Source of the DNA: Clostridia bacterium
Lineage (GTDB): Bacteria > Bacillota > Clostridia > Oscillospirales > CAG-272
NCBI GenBank assembly: GCA_017461745.1
Contig: JAFTXE010000059.1
Span: 7,304-71,303, forward strand
Length of the DNA stretch: 64,000 bases
Reading direction: 5' to 3'
A program made the translations under genes and the position numbers. Below, one piece after another: positions 57,912 to 64,000 of this stretch. The notes under the pieces were generated by a model. The model did not search any database. It was not told where the DNA came from and saw only the letters and a program-made list of their open reading frames with translations. The first letter of the stretch is position 1; every line of letters begins with the position of its first letter.

Positions 57912-58645
57912 ATCTCAATTTCCTCCTTTTCTGTGACGACCTCATAATCGCCCTTATATTCCTTCCCAAGCACTGCAAATACCGTCATGAACATAACATT
58001 TATATCGCTCCAAAAGCTGAACTGCTCCATTCCTTTCAGGTTATAATACATCTTGCCGGGGAGTATTTTTTCAATATAAACCTTGTCAGTATCCTCTACG
58101 CCGTCAAGCAATTCCGCTTCATCCTTATAGTAAACACTTGCAAGGCTAGTAATGCCCGCAGGAAGAAGCAACGTCGCCATCATTTCTGTTGTATACTGCT
58201 CTGTATATTTCGGTACCTCGGGACGTGTCCCTACAAACGTCATTTTTCCTCTAAATACATCAATGAGCTGACTTATCTCATCGAGACGACATTTACGAAC
58301 AAGCTTTCCGACACGAGTAACTCTCGCATCACCGCTAACCGTAACTTGCGAGCCCTTATCTGCATTCTGCACCATAGAACGAAACTTAAAAATCTTAAAT
58401 TTTTTATTATATTGCGTTACTCTAACTTGTCGATAAAACACTGGACCCTTGCTATCAATCTTAATTGCTATAGCTAAAATCAAGAACACGGGAGACAATA
58501 CAATGAGCATCACAGCAGATGCAAAAATATCAAATACTCTCTTAAAAAACAAACTTACCTTCTTTTTTTTCAGAATATCGTAATACTTTCTTACCTCTTC
58601 GGTTTGCATCTCCTTGGGAAGCTGCTCCCATTTTTTTAACATCAT
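57908..58645 (-). CDS. Priming phosphoglycosyltransferase (TacA/WcfS-like)
   Basis: KRVFDI, GPVFYRQVRV, KFRSM, RLDEISQL, FVGTRPEV, AGITSLA. Confidence 0.9.
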   Translation of the reverse strand: MMLKKWEQLPKEMQTEEVRKYYDILKKKKVSLFFKRVFDIFASAVMLIVLSPVFLILAIAIKIDSKGPVFYRQVRVTQYNKKFKIFKFRSMVQNADKGSQVTVSGDARVTRVGKLVRKCRLDEISQLIDVFRGKMTFVGTRPEVPKYTEQYTTEMMATLLLPAGITSLASVYYKDEAELLDGVEDTDKVYIEKILPGKMYYNLKGMEQFSFWSDINVMFMTVFAVLGKEYKGDYEVVTEKEEIEI

Positions 58646-59847
58646 CTTATGTACTCCTTGACGATTTTCGCGTAATTATCAATTACATAATCAACTTCCT
58701 CATCCGTCAGACAGGTATGTAATGGCAAAGTAATCTCATTTACAAAATGATTATACGAATTAGGATAATCAGCGATATCAAATCCCAAATTCTTATAAGC
58801 CGTGTGCATAGGCAACGGCTTATAATGCACATTGCAAGCTACGCCACGTTCTGCCATCTTGATAATGCTCTCGTTCCGCTGCTCAAGAGTAATGTTAGGA
58901 ATCCGTGTCAAATACAGATGACCAGAAGATTCCCATTCATCGGTATAATGGTCAAGTGTTTCAATGTCAAGCGGCTTGAGTGCGGCATCGTACTTCTCAA
59001 TAATTTCTTTTCTGCGTTTCAACATATCGGGGTATCGCTCAAACTGTTTAAGTCCGATTGCTGCCGCAATATCAGTCATATTGCACTTATAATATGTACC
59101 TACAATATCGTACTCCCATGCACCCAATTGAGTCTTTGCCAAAGCATCCTTTGACTGACCGTGCAGGCTGAGCAGTTGGAGCTTCTTATAAATATCTTCG
59201 TTGCTGATACCAGGAATTGTTCTCCATGTAAGAGCACCGCCTTCTGCTGTTGTGAAATTCTTTACAGCATGGAAACTAAAGCTGGAAAAATCAGCAACAG
59301 AGCCAATCATCTTACCATGGTATTTTGCGCCGAAAGCATGAGCAGTGTCTGCCATAACTGCCACTCTACCGAGCGCAGATTGAATTTCATTGTTTGGCTT
59401 AAACAGATTTTTCTTGCGTTCTACAATTTCAAAAATTCTGTCGTAGTCACAAGGAATACCCGCAAGATCAACGGGAATAATTGCTTTTGTCTTTTCGTTG
59501 ATTGCAGCTTCAAGGGCATCGTAGTCCATTTCAAGACTATTTTTTTGTGTATCAATCAATACGATTTTTGCCCCTACATGAGCAATTACGGATGCTGATG
59601 CTGTGTAGGTGTATGCGCAAGTAATAACCTCATCACCTGCCCCAATACCCATGACGTGAAGCGCCATTTCAGCACATGCGGTTTGAGAATTCAGACATAC
59701 ACATTTTTCTGTGCCTACCCACTCCGCTATTTTTCTTTCTAACTCTTTTGTTCTCGGACCTGTAGTAATCCAACCAGATTGCAAAGCACTTACAACTTCT
59801 TCAATTTCCAATGATGAAATATCAGGTGGTGAAAATGGTATTTTCAT
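58642..59847 (-). CDS. DegT/DnrJ sugar aminotransferase (AatB/WcfR-like)
   Basis: IPFSPPDI, SGWITTGP, FSFHAVKNFTTAEGG (PLP Lys), HGQSKDALAK, WEYDI, YKCNMTD, EITLPLH. Confidence 0.92.
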   Translation of the reverse strand: MKIPFSPPDISSLEIEEVVSALQSGWITTGPRTKELERKIAEWVGTEKCVCLNSQTACAEMALHVMGIGAGDEVITCAYTYTASASVIAHVGAKIVLIDTQKNSLEMDYDALEAAINEKTKAIIPVDLAGIPCDYDRIFEIVERKKNLFKPNNEIQSALGRVAVMADTAHAFGAKYHGKMIGSVADFSSFSFHAVKNFTTAEGGALTWRTIPGISNEDIYKKLQLLSLHGQSKDALAKTQLGAWEYDIVGTYYKCNMTDIAAAIGLKQFERYPDMLKRRKEIIEKYDAALKPLDIETLDHYTDEWESSGHLYLTRIPNITLEQRNESIIKMAERGVACNVHYKPLPMHTAYKNLGFDIADYPNSYNHFVNEITLPLHTCLTDEEVDYVIDNYAKIVKEYIR

Positions 59848-60001
59848 AACAACAACCTTTCTGCGCTATTCGTTCTAAGCATTATGCAAGGTTAATCTAT
59901 CTGTACATTGCATATCTTTTCACGCAACAAAACTTATTTTTGCAAAGTCATCAATTAAAATACACATATTACAGATACAAATGCATATTAAAAACCAATT
60001 T

Positions 60002-60030
60002 ATTATATCACAAAACACTTTAAAAGTCAA
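60002..60030 (-). promoter_or_regulatory. Sigma-A promoter of the polysaccharide operon
   Basis: Minus strand TTGACT-17-TATAAT with TGa extension, about 150 nt upstream of the aminotransferase. Confidence 0.75.
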
Positions 60031-60164
60031 TACTTTTGGGGAAATAAAAGACTAATAACCTACAAAATTTTCCAAAATTCTACATAAAAATTTTGTCACA
60101 ATATGAAATCTAATGCAGCAGAGTTTTTTGGGTAGTATTAATTGTTTTATTTTGCTTGGATTGA

Positions 60165-60207
60165 GAAAAAATACCTCTGCGCAATTTTGATGCGGAGGTA
60201 TTTTTTC
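60165..60207. terminator. Intrinsic terminator downstream of abiH
   Basis: gaaaaaatacctctgc pairs with gcggaggtattttttc. Confidence 0.85.
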
Positions 60208-60237
60208 TTTAAGTTTTTATCTGTTTGCGGTTGAAAT

Positions 60238-61947
60238 TCAGCGGTGATTATCTTTTTTGACGATGATCATATCAAAAATATCTTTGCCGCTGTATTGAGG
60301 TCTGCTCTTTCCGTACAGTGAGTAATTTGCGACGAGTGAGCCGTCGGAAAGGAGATATCTGCGCAGGCGGTTTTGATAGACGAAGGTGAGTGTATTGAAG
60401 GTCAGAAAAACGTGGCGAAGTCTTGGATTTATGAGGCTCTGATTTCGTATACTTTGCAGCTCGGTTATCAGCGTCCACTGCTCTGTATTCTCCTCCAAGC
60501 CCATGAGAAATATTGCGCTATATGCGCCCCTCACAACGACCATCAATCTTTGATTTGACAAGAACACGACGCGATGGACGGGCTGTGAAAAGACAAATTT
60601 ATTGTTGGTTGTATTCTCTTTACCGCGATACAGACGTAGCATATTGCAAGCGGAGGTTACGCGCCATTTTTCGTCTGGGGAATACCCGCAAGGTTGCTCT
60701 GGGGCGGGTTGCTTTACTTTCTTTAAGGGCTTATTTTCCGAAGGATACGTCGTCACTCGGATAACGTCCGTTCTAAAAACGGTCAATTGTTCCCTGCTTA
60801 TAGATAGCTCCGCACAAGCATTCTCCAAGTTTTTCAAGTCACGCAGACCGTGGCAACCGACATACCAATGGACTGACTGAGGATCATCAACGCTTGCAAC
60901 TATCTTCCTGAAATAATCCATGTCAACGTCAGCAAGCGAGTGCCCTATTACGACGATATCCCGTATGTTATTCAGCGTGTTAAAGAACGGCTGATTTGCG
61001 TGTATTATATCGTCGGTATGCTTGGTCAGCGCCTCGTCGCTGTACGCTATACTCTCGGTAATCATTTCCTGTGCTCTTTCAACGATAAATCGCTTCCCTT
61101 TGCTTATTCCTCTGAATGAAGTATCCTTGTAATCAAACATTGCGTCGCTTGCTCCGTAGCTATGCCCCAATATCAATCTTTGGTTCTTATGCTTTCGACA
61201 ACCGTGAATGTAGCAGACCTTTTCCCTCGGCACACCGTACAGTGACTCGGGGAATTCGGTGTAATTGAAATTCAGCACCTTGACATCTGTAAACAGATGA
61301 CGCAATGGGCGGTCGTCTGTTCCTATCTTCAACGTTTGCACCCACTTGCGAAACTGAGGATCAAGTTCACGTGCAATCTCACTCATAGGCTCTGCCGCCG
61401 TATCGACCGCAAGGCAAAAATCCGAGGCTTTTTCGCTTTCGTAAGCGTCAAATAGGTCCAAAAGATTATCTACAACGGCATATGAGTTCATTGCTGGAAC
61501 GTTTATCTTGGCAAGTGCCGATTCAAAATCCGCCCATATATCCTTGGGGGTCAGATACGTCTCAAGAGTGTCACGAAGCCCGTTGCGCTTTCCGAGTGAG
61601 TCACGGAAGCAATAGTAGCTTGACCTTACTCCATGCATAAGGTCAAATCCATTTCCTAAAACGCAAAGCGTTTGCCCCTCGTGTATATTGATATCCTCTA
61701 CGGGAATGACGTGATATTGCTTCAACAGCTGCAAAAATTCAGCTTGATCCCGTTCCTTTTGCTTCTGCCACGCCTTTTCTTGCTCAGCTTCACGTCTCTG
61801 CTCTTCCCTCTCATACGCAAGCTTTGCGCATGACGGACAACGCTTTGGACGCTCGCCGTTCCAATCGTAGTCAAAGGACGCAACGATTAGCGGCAAGCCG
61901 CAATCAATGCAGGACGGCAGTGTGTTATTTTCAATGCTTTGGCTCAT
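60238..61947 (-). CDS. AbiH-family (SIR2-like) abortive infection protein with N-terminal zinc finger and C-terminal extension
   Basis: VLGNGFDLMHG, LNFNYT, YIHG, ILGH, VVIGHSLADVDMDYF, plus N-terminal CIDC...CPSC. Start placed at MSQS after ggag. Confidence 0.82.
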   Translation of the reverse strand: MSQSIENNTLPSCIDCGLPLIVASFDYDWNGERPKRCPSCAKLAYEREEQRREAEQEKAWQKQKERDQAEFLQLLKQYHVIPVEDINIHEGQTLCVLGNGFDLMHGVRSSYYCFRDSLGKRNGLRDTLETYLTPKDIWADFESALAKINVPAMNSYAVVDNLLDLFDAYESEKASDFCLAVDTAAEPMSEIARELDPQFRKWVQTLKIGTDDRPLRHLFTDVKVLNFNYTEFPESLYGVPREKVCYIHGCRKHKNQRLILGHSYGASDAMFDYKDTSFRGISKGKRFIVERAQEMITESIAYSDEALTKHTDDIIHANQPFFNTLNNIRDIVVIGHSLADVDMDYFRKIVASVDDPQSVHWYVGCHGLRDLKNLENACAELSISREQLTVFRTDVIRVTTYPSENKPLKKVKQPAPEQPCGYSPDEKWRVTSACNMLRLYRGKENTTNNKFVFSQPVHRVVFLSNQRLMVVVRGAYSAIFLMGLEENTEQWTLITELQSIRNQSLINPRLRHVFLTFNTLTFVYQNRLRRYLLSDGSLVANYSLYGKSRPQYSGKDIFDMIIVKKDNHR

Positions 61948-62833
61948 TTGTATCTCCATTAATTAATTTTACACGGCATACGCATATTCCGTAGCCACTC
62001 TCTTTTCTTTCCATAAACTCAGGTGGCAGCTTGCTCATATACTGCCGACCGAGCGCCGAACTGCCGAGAAACGCTTCGATATTAGTTACAGGAAGAACGC
62101 ACCAATCGCTGTCGTAGGGCTTATTAGCAATATAATACTCCGCAATGGTGATCAGCGCATTAAGCGGTACTCCGTTGGGTCTTATGCTTTCGATATACGA
62201 AAGCTGTTCGGGCGCGAGCTTTACCGCCTCGCGCCGCAGTGCGCCAAGCTCTAAGGCATCGGCTATAGCGCTATCGAAGGATAAAAGCCATTCCGCGTTT
62301 GTTTTGGACGAGAAAAGCGGCACTTGGTACTGCTTGACCTTGTCGCTCCATTCGTCCTCCCATTGCTTTGTTCTATCCGCGAGACAATGAATGTGCTTAT
62401 TCACCTTGCTTCTGTTCTCCGCAATAAACTGTGCAACAGAATGAACGTGACGGTAATACCACCCCGCACCGTCCTCATTCACAAGCTCGGGAAACTCCTC
62501 GTGATATTCGGGGAAGCTGACCTTAAATTGCCAATTCTCGCTTGGATTGGATTTTTTATTTGCTTGCGGCGTCTTTGCGGGCATACTGCACCATGCGCAG
62601 AGGGCGCGACGGGCGTATTCTATACGCTCATACGGCTCACCGTCCTTCAGCGAGCCGTCGGCGTTATGAAAGATATATCCACGTGAGAGTATTGTAAAAA
62701 TACGGGAAAAACCCTTGAAATCTTTTATCATATCGGTGGTAAATCTGCCGAGAAAAGAGGTATCCTTGCCGTTTGAGACGGAATATGTCGGCTGACCGAT
62801 ATAAGCTTTATATTCGTTCCATTCATTTGTCAT
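61931..62833 (-). CDS. Hypothetical protein, 300 aa
   Basis: Long ORF with RBS gaggtgag, rich in Trp and Tyr (ALCAWCS, GWYYRHVH, DWCVLPVTN). Overlaps the abiH start. Confidence 0.8.
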   Translation of the reverse strand: MTNEWNEYKAYIGQPTYSVSNGKDTSFLGRFTTDMIKDFKGFSRIFTILSRGYIFHNADGSLKDGEPYERIEYARRALCAWCSMPAKTPQANKKSNPSENWQFKVSFPEYHEEFPELVNEDGAGWYYRHVHSVAQFIAENRSKVNKHIHCLADRTKQWEDEWSDKVKQYQVPLFSSKTNAEWLLSFDSAIADALELGALRREAVKLAPEQLSYIESIRPNGVPLNALITIAEYYIANKPYDSDWCVLPVTNIEAFLGSSALGRQYMSKLPPEFMERKESGYGICVCRVKLINGDTNEPKH

Positions 62834-62844
62834 ATCGGCTCACC

Positions 62845-63726
62845 TCATTTCTTCAATGCATATTTATCTACGTACTCCCAAAGAACGTCCCAAAGGAACG
62901 ACCGCTTATTAAGAGCCACTACATATTTGACAGCCTCAGCAGGCTTGCAGATACCCTTGACAAGCTCCAAGCACTTTTTGGCAACTGCTTCACGATAGGT
63001 ACTGCCCGATATTTTGTTTACATAGGCGTCAATGAGCGCCGTCATTTCGGACGAATCACCCTCATAATGCAGTCGTGCTCTGTTCTGCCGTATATTATCG
63101 TTATCGGTATCTGCAATCAGATCACCGAGCAGTCGATAGCCGCCGCAACGGAAATCAGAGAGCAGCTCATAATAGTTTTGAAATGCTTCTTCTGGCAGAT
63201 ATTTATTTAAAAACAGCATTCTCTGTTCTTCGGGCAGAAACTGCCATTTTTCCTCTCTTACAGCACAGCGAATATCGCTCACACGGTCTGCGGAGAGATT
63301 TACGAACAGAGCATAAAGCTCATCGGCATCATAGATATTTTCCTCATCGCGCATAAATAATATACGGCTAATGCCCTTCTTCTTGGCTTTACTTTCCGCA
63401 ATGTGCTGACTTGCGCGGATACGCTTCAAGCAGCTTTCATACGTTCCGACAAGATTTTTGATACGTTCAAGAATATCCGTGTTCAGCCGCTTCTCCCATC
63501 CTTGCTCATAAGCAAAGGTGAAAAGCTCCGAAGCCTTTGCAGTCTTGCTCTTTATTTTGGGCGTATGCTCCTTGAGCATCTGCGCGTAATACGGCAATTT
63601 TTCAAGATTTGAGCTGACGGTATTCCAATCAGTCGAGCCAAAATATTCCTTGAACTGCTCATCAAAGGTCGGCTCGTACCACGGGCGGCGCTCCTCGGAG
63701 CTATCAAGAATATTTTTGTATTTCAA
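62845..63726 (-). CDS. Hypothetical protein, 293 aa
   Basis: Long ORF with a TTG start, predicted helical, 11 nt from the next gene. Confidence 0.75.
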   Translation of the reverse strand: MKYKNILDSSEERRPWYEPTFDEQFKEYFGSTDWNTVSSNLEKLPYYAQMLKEHTPKIKSKTAKASELFTFAYEQGWEKRLNTDILERIKNLVGTYESCLKRIRASQHIAESKAKKKGISRILFMRDEENIYDADELYALFVNLSADRVSDIRCAVREEKWQFLPEEQRMLFLNKYLPEEAFQNYYELLSDFRCGGYRLLGDLIADTDNDNIRQNRARLHYEGDSSEMTALIDAYVNKISGSTYREAVAKKCLELVKGICKPAEAVKYVVALNKRSFLWDVLWEYVDKYALKK

Positions 63727-63744
63727 AAAGCTACTGCGCTTTAT

Positions 63745-63999
63745 CTACATTTTGCCGAGATACTCCGACAGATCGGGCTTGATACCGCTTTTTGCGGAGT
63801 CTATCTCAAGCCCCGTCAGAATTGCGAGCGTTTCGGTCTCCTGTCTGCATTTTTCCTTTGTCTCTGCGTCGGCGTTCTCGTCGTAGGCGATGATACTGCG
63901 GTCAAGCGCCGCGTTGGATATCTGACCTACACGGGATGAAAAGGTGTTTCGGATCGCCTCAAAGCGAGCGTACCAATCGTTTGCGTTATGGATCAGTGG
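63745..63999 (-). CDS. Hypothetical protein, 5'-partial (continues off the window)
   Basis: Open minus frame PLIHNANDWYARFEAIRNTFSSRVGQ...KPDLSEYLGKM* ending at 63745. Confidence 0.65.
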   Translation of the reverse strand, partial: PLIHNANDWYARFEAIRNTFSSRVGQISNAALDRSIIAYDENADAETKEKCRQETETLAILTGLEIDSAKSGIKPDLSEYLGKM

Positions 64000-64000
64000 C

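Larger units (their letters stand above)
41241..64000 (-). mobile_element. Putative integrated element or genomic island (left end in the SASP gene, right end outside the window)
   Basis: Gene-disrupting junction, palindromic end, all genes on the minus strand, AT-rich polysaccharide locus and defence cargo. No integrase in the window. Confidence 0.45.

Noticed and set aside
59848-60000. Leader of the glycan operon as a JUMPstart/ops or other antitermination signal.
   Set aside because: There is no GGCGGTAG ops match, no convincing hairpin, and no NusG paralog in the window.
41242-60107. The 10-mer acaatatgaa occurs at the SASP junction (41242-51) and again at 60098-107, bracketing the glycan locus like attL/attR.
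   Set aside because: It is short and AT-rich in an AT-rich intergenic region, no SASP 3' half follows the second copy, and no recombinase is adjacent. Chance cannot be excluded. Worth revisiting only if strain comparison places a boundary there.
1-64000. CRISPR arrays, rRNA, IS transposases, integrases and phage structural genes.
   Set aside because: I saw no regularly spaced direct repeats, rRNA signatures or matching protein motifs.

Overview
The window looks like chromosome from a spore-forming Clostridia-class Firmicute (sigma-A TTGACA/TATAAT promoters, Prp-type rplU-prp-rpmA, pyrK-pyrD, hisZ with short hisG, a SASP gene). Bases 1-41.2 kb are mostly housekeeping: an M18 aminopeptidase, prfA, sua5, an orphan ParC-like subunit, tRNA-Lys with a small AT-rich islet and a candidate structured RNA, a complete his operon led by a TrpR-like YerC/HisR gene, lgt, a pyr operon, an HPrK-like/PqqD/S26 cassette, ribosomal protein genes, pcrA and deo genes. 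At 41240 the alpha/beta SASP gene loses its conserved C-terminus at an att-like junction followed by an imperfect palindrome. Every gene after that point is on the minus strand: a nucleotidyltransferase, a sugar kinase, an AT-rich Wzx/Wzy polysaccharide locus, an AbiH-family defence gene with a zinc finger, and a run of hypothetical genes continuing off the window. The locus starts with genes resembling pneumococcal aatB-tacA-tacB (AATGal) and holds two FrhB-like plus pyruvyltransferase pairs. Best leads: an element apparently integrated into a forespore SASP gene, a predicted zwitterionic polysaccharide, and the AbiH operon. All protein family calls come from motif recognition and memory, not from database searches.
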